A stretch of DNA of 63,932 nucleotides, filler included, from Octopus bimaculoides (GCF_001194135.2; 8 parts of 7 records of this genome joined end to end with filler, not necessarily neighbours in it), one strand, 5' to 3'. Positions 26,273-40,433 are shown, numbered from the whole stretch's first letter. A program made the numbers and translations. The notes: a model not told the origin generated them from the letters alone.

Positions 26273-26625
26273 ACACCATTATCAATACCAACAGATGACA
26301 AACTTTCCGTAAAAAAAAATGGACAAATTTTCAAAATAAAAAGATCTGGAAATCAAGGTAAAAACACTAACAATTCCTATCATAACAGGCGCATTAGGTA
26401 TGATAAAAAAATATTCAGATAAATACATAACAAAAACACTAGGACTAACAAGTATATATAGCACAGAGAAAATAGCACTGCTAGACACCGCACACATCCT
26501 ACATAAAATACTTTCAATACAGTAACAATAAGAGCATCACAACAAACCACAGCTCATATCCAAGGGATACAATGCTGCGCTTGGTAGCACAGTGAAAGCA
26601 GGTGATAATAATAATAATAATAATT

Positions 26626-26656
<31 letters not shown>

Positions 26657-26681
26657 TAATAATAATAATAATAATAATAAT
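26272..26681 (+). mobile_element. R4/Dong-like RLE 3' fragment with (TAA)n tail
   Basis: SIPTDDKLSVKK...KDLEI...IPIITGALGMIKK...IALLDTAHILHKILSIQ-stop, short UTR, then (TAA)n at about 26606-26681. Confidence 0.85.
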
Positions 26682-27465
26682 AGGGACAAAGAAGGACCAT
26701 AACTCATCGTTCCCATGCAAAATGCAAGTAATTTTCACCTGGCTTTGCACGTGTGGCTTCCATGTATTCCGCGGCACCCTTCTCAGTTGTGCTCTGAAAA
26801 GGCACCTCGTCAGCGATTGTACAGCCTAATACTTTAATCCTATATATATACTCCCTTATGTTACGTACCTATTTTTAGCTATCCTTACTGACCACCGAAA
26901 TAAATTTTCTTTCTGACCAAACCGAAACTCAAAATCATCTATTTAATTAATTGTCATAAATGCCTTCCTCCTCCACTTTAACAAAACTTTAATACCTGAC
27001 GTCTTACCACGCACCGACCATAACGAAGAATAATATTTTCATGTTATTTTTTCTTTATTTTTGTGTACATTCATATATGCAATCGGCCAGACGGTGGATT
27101 ATATATATGCATCATAATCCGAAAGTCCAGCCTTATGCACCAATGATCAGAGAACATTTGATCATTTGAATAACTAACGTAACATACCTGATTTTCGTTT
27201 TAATGTATCCCATACATTTTTCCCAAATCTCAACATTGCACAGAGTTTATATATGTATATAGCAGAATGTATTACGTATATAGTTTATTGGGGAATCTAA
27301 GTTGACGAACGTTATATTACTATAGGCCCAGCGAAAGATAATCATATCCCTTTTCATATGAAGGTGTCTTCAGTAATCGATTACTTTACATCAGTATATA
27401 TTTATTTATTTATCTAAACCGTCTTTACTTTTCTCTTTGACTTTCAGTTTTATTTATTTTCCAAT

Positions 27466-27524
<59 letters not shown>

Positions 27525-27556
27525 CATACATACATACATATATATGCATATACCTA

Positions 27557-27589
<33 letters not shown>

Positions 27590-27805
27590 GTAGGTCATAT
27601 AATGTTATATGACCTACATATCTTACAATCAATTTTCTCAAATTTCTTTTGTTTCCCTGAAGGTTTTCTATGAATTTCCATAAATGTATTTGTGCCCTAA
27701 TGTGAATATTATATATAAATAACGTATGTAAATTAGAAATATGTCTGTTGGTAAGGTCTAATATATGGCCCGAGGTGATTGATTCAACAGCGGAACTAAT
27801 ATTAA

Positions 27806-27845
<40 letters not shown>

Positions 27846-28222
27846 TATNNNNNNNNNNATGTTAACATAGAGTGGTGAATAAATCGATATATCGAATTTG
27901 AAGTCTCTGTCTCTTTTGAATATGAAAATTTAAAAGTTTAAAAATCTTATGATATAAATATAAACTGTGAGAACGACCCTTAAGGAATCTAATTAATGAT
28001 CTCCTAAGGTAAGTTCTTATGCTATATTGGTAACGGTTGCTACATCCTCTGGAAAAAAATTATTATATACATATATATATATATATATATACATATGCAC
28101 ATGTATATGCAGATATCTGTACATATATACATGCATATATACACATATCTTTAGATATAATCATGCATGCATACATAAATAAAATTATAGGTGTATATGC
28201 CTGTACGCGTATACCGCACACA

Positions 28223-28262
<40 letters not shown>

Positions 28263-31200
28263 TGTTTATGTGATTCTCTGTGCCTGTGTATAATTTACAT
28301 ATAGTATATATATTTTGAAACAGAGCTTTATAAGCTAGAGCTTTAGTTTGAACGACCTACACTAATTCAATGTAATTCAAAGGAGCTCACTGAGTATATT
28401 TCATCTTTACTGATCGAGGATATGCTTTAGCACCACTGTATACCAATCATCCACGTTATATTACGTAAGGTACATACACACATACATATGAATAGGCATA
28501 GGCACATTATATATCATAATTTGGTCTGGATTAAATAACCGTGTTCATGGCCTTCTCAAACTCTGTGAAGTTATATGAATGCAATTCGTTCATCTTGAAC
28601 ATATGAGAATCAACTATACCAGAATGACAAAACAAGAGAAATTTTCAGAACAAAAGACATTGTGAGCTGAGAAAAGTCTACAATTTTCTCCCCCTATATA
28701 TTTATCTTGTATCTTGCGTCATTCATGAGTATTTGTGCAAGACAAGAAGACTTTGTGGCTCAACAGAAGATATCACATTTTGCAAGCGCATGCAGGTCCA
28801 ACTTAATCGCATTTTATTTCGTGTTAATTCTGTTCTAACACGCATTTTCACAAAAAGGAACTTCAGTCATGTATCGATGATATAGCCCATATCTATTTCT
28901 GTTATTTCGGCATAACATTCGCCCCTTATTTTGAAGCATCGGTCTGCGATGAGCAAGTCTCTTGTTTACTATGTTTACTTTCTTCACCATGTATTTTAAT
29001 TGAGTGTAATGTTTAGCTCAGTGCCTGGTAGTGTCGAGAAAAGAAGCGATTTAAGTTTGAGAGCAAGAGTGCAACGTGTGTGAATGTAGTTGGTTGGGAT
29101 ACTGTTTTACTCTCAGAATTGAGTATAAAAAGTACGTAAGGCACATAGCATGGTGGAGTATAGGTTGGAGTCTATTGGTGAGCGACTCAGTGCCAATTAT
29201 GTATAGCAGTATAATTATCTAAGCTGTTCGATTAGTGTTCTCTTGTGAGCCTTACGTTAGATTTGTAGATACTTAGCTCAGTATATGTATAACTGTATTG
29301 TACATATACTATGTACAACACAGCCTGAGAATTGAAATAAATCAATGTTTCAAAAAACCTCATGGATGATATAACAAGAGTTTGTTTCATGTAATATATA
29401 TGTAGAGAGAAAGGAAAGAGTCTCCTGTGGGTTATTTTCATGGATATTGACTATTCCTAACAGAAGACGTCCTCAGTTTCCTACCCAAATGAATAGCGTA
29501 GGTCAGATGCTATACAAAACAGTCTTAAATTAAGTTAGGATAATAGTGGTTAGCCTAATTTGCATAGTTTCGTATTCGATGGTTCGTCATAAGTTAAACA
29601 ATATCTATTCCATGCAATCACACAGCATAAATAATGAAAAAGGAATTGAGATTTAAGAACTGTGCATAAGAAGTATATTATGCTTATATTCATATTATTG
29701 ATAGATTAAGGCATTCTAATAATGAATTTATTTCTTTTTGTTTTTTCTCTTTTACGCTGCCTTGTGCATAAAAGCTGATTTATTTTTAAGTATTGAGTAT
29801 TTGTGAAAAACATGACTATGCAAATTAAGGTACACAATGATGTACTAGCCTAATTCGTGGTTAATTTGTATAGCAGATGATCTATACTATTGATTGGAGA
29901 ACTCGTACGTTTTCTCAGATAAGCAGTTAACAAACTGTGAAACAGACGTTCAGCAGATACCCTGTCCGCACTTTGCGGCCAACAGTAGCTTAGAAATAAT
30001 GTGTTTGCCTCAAGAAGGAGGCTTTGTAATGCGTATGTAGATACTTATACATACTCACACACATGTTCACACCTACACACACATGAATATACATGAAGAG
30101 CCACCCAGTGATATAATAATTGTTTTCCATTTTATCCACAAAGTAAATGCTCAATATAAATTTGTTATAGGTTTATAAGTTTGTAGTGGACGTTGTAATT
30201 GTGTTTGTCCACTGAACTATTTCCTCACACCTAAATGCATTGCGTTGTTGCTGATATCTTCAATCTCATTAATACCATTATCTAACGTCAATGAAACGTA
30301 ACTTTTATCGTTAACTAAATGCATCTGCTTTCTGGCCCATTTTACACACACGCGTGCGCCCGCACAGATATTTCTATTAAAAGAGTGTCATCCGCTCTGC
30401 CGCAATAGATAACAGTTGTGTCTGTTGCATTCTTTAGATATTTATCTTTAAATTTCGTCGAAACTCCCGTAAGAATAATGAAGACGTGTCATCAAATAAT
30501 GGCTAATAGTGAGATCCATTGATGATACAGCTCAAATACATAATACTTTCACATGGAAGAAATCGATTGTAACGGCCTAGACGATTTCAAAGATCATCAT
30601 TTGAATTAATAGTGCAATGTCTATCCAACGTGTAATTTAATATATGTATCCTTTGTGAAATAAGACTTTTTCAGCGATCTACTGAGGTAACCTTATTGAA
30701 TGCTCTATTGCTAGAAATAGTAATCATACAAGAATCACAATCTTGCTCACGTAAAACAAAAGAGGACATTATATATTGTAATTGGACAATTTAATCTGAG
30801 AGAAGTTACGTACAAAAAAAATAAATTGTCATGGCCTTCTCACATATATCTGACTGGTGGTTAAACCACATAACGTTTTCCTGTTCACAATTAGGTAAAC
30901 TAAGCATTGCAATGTAACGAGACACGAACAAATTTTATTAACCCTTTTGTACACATTTGCATGTTGTGTCGTTCCATAGAGCTAGCACAACGCTAGAACG
31001 AGAAAGGGGAGATGGAGAGTGGCGTTAAGATGTCAGTGAGTTGATTGTGTATGGTTCAGTAATAGCAATTATTTACAGCCCACCGATCCTTCAGCGGCCA
31101 CAATTCTACCGCTCTCTCGCCTGGTAATTATAAAATAATATACTACATGATAGATACAAAGCAAATGTGCAAAATGCCTGTTATATTCTAGCAATCACAT

Positions 31201-32062
31201 TATTATCTGCTAATCAGTTTGTAATTATCGTAGAGAATCAGCCATGTGTGTAATAATATTTTTGTCTTACTGGCGCCATTTGGTCGTTTCATTAATCAAC
31301 ACCAACACAAGTCGGCCTTTATTAACTGGAAAAATTACCATCCCAGCGCCAGTTCAACCGCTTCTATAATTATAATTAACAATTTACAGATTCGGTTTCC
31401 TAGTTTTGAGAAAAATATATTTCCTTGTAGGATTATATAATTATCTATATGTCTGTCTCTCAATAATACTTGTCCTTCATAAATGCAATCTCTCTCACAC
31501 TTTCTTTCACTTTCACAATTTTCTTTCTCTATATTTCCCTTATGATTAGTGTCTGTATTAGGCAAAATGGAAACTTACTAAAACCTATTCTGCGAAATCA
31601 ATACGCATTTGTAAAACACAGCCTTTACCTAATTCTACAAAATGGAAGATGGTTGTGTACGACCCAACAACAAAGGTAGTTCCTGAAACATAAATAAATT
31701 GACACAATTATCTAAATTTTGAGTATTTTCATATTTGTTTCCTGGCATAGGTGTTGTCAAAACATGACAAACATTAAACTAAAGAAATAATAAAGTAATT
31801 AAGATATGATGAAAATAAATAAATCAAAATGTTATATAATATTAACACTGATGGTTAGAGTTGATATCAGTGAAGTAAACAGAAAGCAAGAGAGGAAAAA
31901 CTGTGAAAAACTGTCAAATTAGTGTTAAAACAACGTGACGTGAGCTTTGTGTCTATCTTCCTTGTGTCGATAAAACACAATTGTGTAGTCGATTAAAACA
32001 TGTATGTAGCTTGGCCAAAACGAATGTATTATGTGTGAAGTATTACACACACACACACACAC

Positions 32063-32108
<46 letters not shown>

Positions 32109-32139
32109 GCATAATATAAATAACCAAATTTATGCCCGT

Positions 32140-32290
32140 TCTTCGCGGATGAGCATGAACTATTTGCATTTGTCCTGCTAGTACTCAACTGAACATGCCG
32201 GAGCAACATGAAAACAAGAGTCCTGTTCAAGAGCACAACGCGATTTTCTGGACTAGGTGTCAAACCTACGGTCTCTAATTACTAGGTCAC
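32140..32290 (-). mobile_element. Degenerate SINE 5' part (head B type)
   Basis: CCGGAGCAACATGAAAACAAGAGTCCTGTTCAAGAGCACAACGC resembles 53228-53275. Confidence 0.55.
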
Positions 32291-33253
32291 TAAACGAATA
32301 TATAAATACGTAATAACACGATTTTTGATAACTTATATTTTAATATTTCTTGCAGATATTTTTACGTTAGATATTTTTCAATGAACCTCTTAACTTTCTA
32401 TTATTCAATCACATTGTTACGACTTTCATATTCTGGTTCAACTACATAAACCAAAACTTTTGCAACAATCTTCATATAATCAATATTATATTTATGTAGA
32501 CTAAACACGAGTTAATAATTTAAAGAATGAAGTAGCTGACTGCATTCAACCTCTTAGAGTTTAACTGTTAAAAACTAATAAATATATTCTGAGGAGTAAG
32601 TAGAATGCAAGCTATTTCTTTTATTTCTCATATCTTATTATATCTCTGCTTCAACTGCACAAAAACGGAAGGTGATGGAAATTGAAACGACAATACGCTG
32701 GACCACCTCGCTTCATTTGAATTGGAAAAAGTTTTCTGTTCTACCAAGTCAACGAGCGAATACGCTTCTTAGCGTCAATCTAGTGCATTTATTTGAAAAT
32801 CAAAATATTACCAATAAAAAAAAAGCATAGAATAATTCTCTTCTTAGTTATGAAAAAATATAATTCGCTGATATGACATTTAAATTAACTTTTAGTTGCA
32901 TACAACACAATATTTCAACAAAAAATAAAAAAGAAAATATGAAACTCGCATATTAATTTATAGCATATCCATCCATCTATCCATCCATCCATCCATCAAT
33001 CCATCCATCCATCCATCCATCCATCCATCCATACGTACACATACACATGCACGCAAACAAATACACACACTCACACACACATACACACACATATTCCGTT
33101 TGACTTAGAATCAGTGTAGTGTCATTTCACAGGTGTTGGGAAATATACGGTTTAGGGTACAAACTTGTGAAAACTTAAGAAACGTAGATGTCTATCTTCA
33201 ATTCATTGGATTTTTTCACTCCCTCTGTTTTTTGTCCTCTCTCTCACACAAAC

Positions 33254-33470
<217 letters not shown>

Positions 33471-33479
33471 GGTTAGTTA

Positions 33480-34330
33480 CCCCGTATGGAATTACATGGT
33501 CAGTTCCACCGTGAAAACAGCAAATTAAAATATCAGGGAGTATCATGGAGGTGGCTCCTGAAGGGTGACCTAAAAGAGAATACTGAAAGCCTAATCATCG
33601 CGGCCCAGGACCAGGCATTGAAGACCAACTCAGTGAAAAAGAATATATACCACACAAGTGCATCGGTCTTCTACAGAATGTGTGAGAAGAGGGTCGGAAG
33701 TGTGACTCACATTGTTTGTGCTTGTGAAAATCTTTCACAGAAAGAGTACAAGCGTAGAGACGACAGAGTAGCCCCAAACCTCCACTGGCTACTATGCCGT
33801 AAGTATGGAAATCAGGTTACGGGTGCTTGGCACCACTATATACTGGAAAAGATAATGGACGAAAAGGGGAAGGCAAAAATCCTCTGGAACTTTGATTTCC
33901 AGACAGATAAAATTGTTAGAGCACCGAAGGCTGGATATAGTAAACTTTAGGTAGGACAAACAAGAGTGCCTTATAATCGCCGTAGCAGTGCCTGGAGGTC
34001 AACATATCATCACGAAAGAAAGAGAAAAAGTTGATAAATATGGAGACCTGAGAAATGAGATCGCTAAGATGTGACAGCTACGAGAGTCAAACATAAAATG
34101 GAGCATTGGTGAAAAACATATGAAAACCTTAGAGATACCCTACAATCTAGGTGTATTGCAAAAGTTAGCATTGCTTGGAACTCCATGCATATTGCGTAAA
34201 GTACTGTCTGTCTGAGGTCCTTGTTGTGACTTGACAAACAGTAAAAACTCCCGGTAGACACATTATCTTCAATCAACAACCTTACGATATTGTATACTGT
34301 GCGACGTATATAATAATAATAATAATCATA
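33480..34330 (+). mobile_element. R4/Dong-like RLE LINE, 5'-truncated (zinc knuckle + restriction-like endonuclease)
   Basis: LHGQF...ESLIIAAQDQAL...C(Y)RMC...VTHIVCAC...YKRRDDRVA...KILWNFDFQTD, later QKLALLGTPCILRKVLSV-stop; flanked by AAT repeats on both sides. Confidence 0.9.
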
Positions 34331-34619
34331 CCAACATCATCATGAGCCAGTCGTTGAAGGTACAAAGGTGTAATCTACTTAGGAGAAGGAAATCTCTGAA
34401 ATAAAACCTGAGGCCTTGGAAGTTTCTGGTTTTGTTAATTTTCATGTCAAACCGGCGAAAGTCTTCTTGGGCCAATAGGTGGAAGTAGTGCAGTGCAAGC
34501 TACACCCACTGAAAATTATTCATCTGGACATGTACGTATTGTACATCAAATCTTAGTAAAATCGTCGAATTGGTTTGTTAGCAGAAACCTATAAATGTAC
34601 TTGTAACTTACAATTGCAA

Positions 34620-37600
34620 AATGGCTTGGGAACATCAGGGAACAGGTCTGACTCGGTAGGTGTCCCAGTGTATCACAGGCTGGGCTCGGTTGTAATCCTG
34701 CCACTGTGGTCAAACAACCCTCAAGAAAAAGTAAAAATAAACATGCTTTGAATTTTGGCTGTTGTAATGTGAGCAAACTTCTTGATGATAATTTCATCAA
34801 GAGGCCAGAAAGGCGTACTGCATGTGAGCTTGCATGTGATCTTAAGAAGTATTCCATTAATATAGATGCGCTCTCTGCGTTTCTCTGGTGAAGGTCAAGT
34901 AAATGAATCTTCTTATGGATATACTATTTTTTGGAGAGGCCTACCTAAGTGTCAGCGTAGAGAATCTGGTGCTGGGTTTGCTCTCAAGAATTCATTAGTA
35001 TCCTCTATTGCAGAGCTTACAAGTTGTATATCTGAACGATTTCTTATCGTTATCAGTATTTATGCACCAACAATGTCCCATTCTGATGAAACTGTAGGAC
35101 AGTTTTATGATGATCTAGCACAATTATTGAGGAAAGTATTAATTGCTGACAAGCTGGTCATATTGGGATATTTCAACGCAAGAGTTGGGAAGGACTACGT
35201 TTCATGGTCTGTTTTAGGTCGAGATGGGATTGGAAAATGTAATAAAAATGGAGTAGCTCTTTTAACGTTTTCTACTGGGAATAATCTGGTTGTTACGAAT
35301 ACTGTTTAAGCAGAAAAAAATATAAAACTACCTGGATTCACGCAAGATCTAAGCACTAACATTTCATAAATTATATTTTGATCGGAAAACATGATATTAA
35401 TGACGTTTCTAGCGTTCGGGCCATGAGAGGAGCAGAGAGCTGGACTGACCATTGTCTAGAGCGTGGAAAAATAAAATTTTCGATTATACCTAAAAATCGA
35501 CAGTCTGGTTCTAAGATACCCAAAATGTTAAATGTTACATGCCTTAAATTATCAAGCAACTTGAAAGTATCAATCTTGATCCAAACAATCTATGGGACGA
35601 TATCAAAACAAAAGTATTTCAGGCGGCAAGGTCGTCAGTGGGATTTAACTCACGTAAGTCCAGTGACTGGTTCTCAGACTGATCAGCAGAAATTCATGAT
35701 CTACTTTTAGAAAAACAGAACTTAGGCAATACACTTCTTTCTCAGTACTTGAACCCCCAACTCAAACGAAGATTTCAAACACCTGAAAGGGAACGTACAC
35801 ACTGCTCTAAGGAAAATTAAACAGGAATGGTGGAATGGTAGATGAAAGGGGACACACGAAGCAGCTGATAGATATGATGCCAGGGGTTTGTACTTTTATG
35901 TTAATGAGGTATATGGCCCCAAATCTTCAATAGCTCCATTGAGAACACTAAATGGACGTTTGTTTCTGACTGACACCGCTTCTATTCATAAGCTCTTGGT
36001 AGAAAAAGTCGAACACCTTCCAGTAATAGAAGAGACGGCATTTGAACCAACTCTAAATGACATTTATTTAGCTGTGAATAAGCTGAAAAAGGTAATTCTC
36101 CAGGGTCTTATGGAATATGTACAGACGTTTTGAAATATGTGAGTGACAAGATGTTTGAACTCTTAAATATATTAATTTATCACTGTTGGAGAACTGAGAA
36201 AGTGTCTCAAGACTGGATTGATGCCATCTTAATCCCCTTGTATAAATCGGGGTCAAAGGATCTTTGTGGTAATTTTTGTGGATTTCGCTTTTGTCTGTGG
36301 TTGGAAATGTACTTGCCCGTATTTTGATAGAACGTTTATATACCTTCATAGTTCCAAATATGTCTGAGTTCCAGTGTGGTTTTCGTTCCTCCAGGGGCAC
36401 AGCTGATTGGATCAGACAATTTCAAGAAAAGTACATTGAACAGAATCTTGGCCTATACCATTGCTTTGTTGATTTGAGCAAAGCATTCGATACTTTTAAA
36501 CTAAATGCTCTGTGGCTAATTCTAAGGAAAATAAGTTGCCCAGAAAAATTTGTAAGCATGAGCAGGGCTTTGCATCAAGATATGAAAGCTAGAGATAATG
36601 TTATGGTATGCTCTCTGAAACTTTTGCTGTAGAAAATGGAGTAAAGCAAGGATACATTAATGTACCTATTCTTTTGCAATATACTTAGTTGTGTTGTCAC
36701 ACGCTTTTCAACACTCGGAGGAGGATATTTACATAAAATATCGAACAAAAGGTAATGTTTTTGATCTGACTGGACTGAAATTCAAAACGAAGGTTTTTAC
36801 TTCAATCATTAGGGAAATTTTATACGCTGACGATTGCGATCTTGTTAGTCATTCTGAAACAAGTCTGAAATCTCTTGTATCTGCATCAACATGCGTGTGG
36901 TGCTGTTTGTAATGCCCCGAAAATGTTTGTTACGGTTAAGTTTGAAGTTCTTGCTTCGTTCATCTACCTTGCAAGCTCTGTACAAAATTATAGCAATCTT
37001 GATAGAGAAATTACATCTGTGAATTCAAAGGCAAGCAAAAGCATTTGGTGGCTTGGAGTCACGCGCTGGCTCTTTACAAATCATTTGTCTTACTATCCCT
37101 CTTGTAATCTTGTGAATCATGGACATGTTATGAAAGACATTTTAAATTGTCAGAATAATTCGACCAAAAATGCCTTCATTCGCATTTTAAACACTAAATG
37201 GTGTCGTTTTACTCCAAACACAGATGTCCTTGCATCTGCAGGCATCACCTCAATTAAAGCTATGATTTTGAGAAACCAAATGAGATGGTGTGGCCATAAT
37301 GTTCGAATAGCGGATGAATGTATGCCTAAACAGCTGTTTTTTCGTGAGCTTGCAGAGGGGTAACGCTATCGGCGTAAACCTAAAAAGTTTTAAGGTCGGC
37401 ATAAGGACTACTATGAAGTCACTTGGAATGGATCCAAAGGACATAGAAACCTTTGCTTCGAATCGAGCTGGATGGCGAACAAAAGTGTGGTCTGGAGTGA
37501 AAGACTTTGAAGAGGCCAGGATAACGCATGCAAGACTTAAAAGAGATTTAAGGAAGAATGTTACGATCGCGATGGTGAACCACAATGACATTTTTGTGTG

Positions 37601-37890
37601 CATAGTTTGTGAGAGGTCATGCTTCTCTTTCGCTGGGCTAAAATCTCATTTGCGAACCCATGTGAAACGAACCTCCACCAACTAGTATGCTTATTTGTCT
37701 GTGCATACCTTGGAATGCAATGTATGCCAGTATGTTTGCAAATCCAACAGAAGCATTAAAAGACATTTTAAGGAAATGATCAGAACTTATCTACATTTCT
37801 TGGTGGTCCAAATCGGATATGCGCTCTACGTGGGTTCTGTTGTGTAGATACAGGAGGTGGTCAAACTCTGTATAAAGAGTAGACAACCAC
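34620..37890 (+). mobile_element. RTE (BovB-like) LINE, near full length, multiply disabled
   Basis: APE motifs (CNV...RPERRTA, GYTIFWRG, RESGAGFA, SIYAPT, DHCL), RT motifs (QCGFR, FVDLSKAFD, LYADD at 36823-36834), WCGH and C-terminal C2H2 fingers. Confidence 0.95.
34627..34700 (+). ncRNA. Candidate decayed HDV-like ribozyme at the RTE 5' end
   Basis: Manual fold gives P1, P2, P3 and P1.1 in the HDV nested double-pseudoknot order, but the catalytic C is missing and P4 is poor. Confidence 0.35.
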
Positions 37891-40371
37891 CATATGTGTA
37901 TGTACACATTTATACGTCTGTATAAATATATATGTAAATTACAGTCTAATCTGAACATCTACGACTGAATTAGTATCTTTCACGACTAACTTCTGACGGC
38001 ATCCTTGCTCACAGTATGCGCAGAATGTCAAAAGCTTTCCTTTTGCAGTTCGTTCGAAAGTTTAACGTCTCGAGCTTACAGTATATATTCTAGCAACCGA
38101 CAGCCAATAAAAGTTTCAGCTGTATTATACACATCACGCATCTTTCATTTCATCCTACAGACTAAGAAATTTGACAAGTTGCATGAACATTGATAATCTG
38201 AACTGATGCATAAATTATTATAACGACACATTCCGAGTGTTACAAATTACAGCTTACAACTTAGAAACCATCAACGCTTAAACTATCGCTCCACCTAAAT
38301 GTTGAAACGATTATAAACTGCTGTGCACCTGTAAATGAATTACCAAAAATTGCTACCTGCTCTGCGCATATTCCATAAGTTATATTTCACCATGGGTATC
38401 ATTAAAACTGGGATTTTTAAGAGAAATAGAATTACTCTTTTACATTTATTGAAATCTCCATTTTGCTGATATCTGATTTTTGGTATATGTATGGTCTCTG
38501 ACTGGCTTTGAACTAATAACCCTTCTTTATAAAGTAGGGGCGTTTAACGTTCTCATTCACTAAACCTTTGTCTTTTGTACAGATTTGAAATCATGCTTAT
38601 TAAAAAAAATCAATCGATATCTTATTAACTTTACTATCTTCCATTTCTGCTTGTGAATGCTAACAAGGATTTCGTATCACAATAGATATTTTACAGTGTA
38701 GCTCACAAAATAACAGCGTTACACCTCTTTATTCGCACTTGATTCAATAACCAAAGTTAATGCTCGTAGTTTGGATGAAGTCTTATGCTATGTACACATC
38801 TCTGAATAAGAACACGGTTGAAGAATATAAGTAGAAGTGATGGATGGTGGTGGTGGTGGTGGAGCGGGGAATGACGATTTAACTGATGCAGTTACCTACT
38901 GTAGAAAGTAGGCTATTAGTCTAGAAAATAGGAAACCTGATAACAACACATTTCCGATAATTACATCTTTATTTATTTTGAACAAAGCGAACAGATAAAT
39001 AAAAAAAAAACTTTGTACTAAGGAGTTTGATATTTTCTTGCTCCTTGCGTTTACTATTACACTGGCATCAATCTTATTGATACGACATATGGGCGATATT
39101 GACTTGAAGAAAAAAATATATAAAAGCTTCAGTCCCATATTGCATCCTGTGCAAAAAGTAAAATCAGTATTGATTTTCTTATATCAGGTGGATCATGAGT
39201 GTCACTGGAGATATATTTTCTCGTAAAACCTGTTGCATGGTTGGGTTGTCGGCAACTAAAACAGCTTCTCGATCATGCTTTCCGAGTAAGGAGTGTTAGC
39301 AGAAACCTAGAAGAATAAAATATCTATCAAAAGGGTGGATGTATACAACGTATTGCCAAGTATTATCTAGCGAGACATTAGGAATTCAGCGTTAGTATCC
39401 ACCATTCTGTAAGACCACTGATAGTGAAGCACATCTTAGCTTTTGCTAAACTATATCTCCAAGGGAATGCATAGCTACATGCACAGTTATGTACACGTGT
39501 TCACAGCAACATGTATATATAACTGCACAGTCGTTCTCAGGAGGGTAACAGTGGAAGTTAAGCAAAAAAAGAGAAGATAATTTCGAACATATAACGACAT
39601 TAGCTTGGAGTGCCTGCGCAGATGTGATGGGGCTTATTCAATAATTTATCATTGATTTCTTTAAGTTTAATTACTCCCAGCTGTTAATTAGGATTTTATT
39701 TACTGTAACCTCTAATATAACAAGTAAACGTTACATTTTATTTAAAGGAATGATTATGAAGTAGATAAAAGTATAGATGTTTTTGTACAGACTATAAAAA
39801 ATCAGGGCACACTCAAAGCAAATTATGCGTGCTATTTATAGGCATTACGCTAATGAATTCAGTGACATGCCTGAAGTGAAACGACAATAACCGCGACTAT
39901 AAAACCTGTAACGGACGAAACTTTTGGAAAACTTATTTCCATTCTAATGCGCTCACCGGAATATTGAATTATAGTCCGTTAAAGACGTCTGATGCGTGTT
40001 AAAAGTGATTTTGTTGTGTACAGAGCAAATTGAATTAGTAAAATGCTACATTTAGACAATGATAAATCGTACTAGTTGGTTGCCAGTGACATTTGTTACA
40101 TCTAGATGACATTGCGTACAATTGCAGAGAAGAAATGTATATTAAGCACATTGAGAACAATTGAGGTAAAGGAATACGTAGAAGTAATTGTATTTAATGT
40201 TAAGATTTAAAATTTCAGTCTTCGAAAAGACAGCAGAAAGGTCGCCCGGTGAATGCTTCATTCTTTACGTCTTTCAAAGTGAATGGACGTATTCTGACTT
40301 ATGCACATGTGTACGCACGTAGGTACGTACGTACATTCGTATGTATGTATGTATGTATGCTTGCATCTATC

Positions 40372-40433
<62 letters not shown>

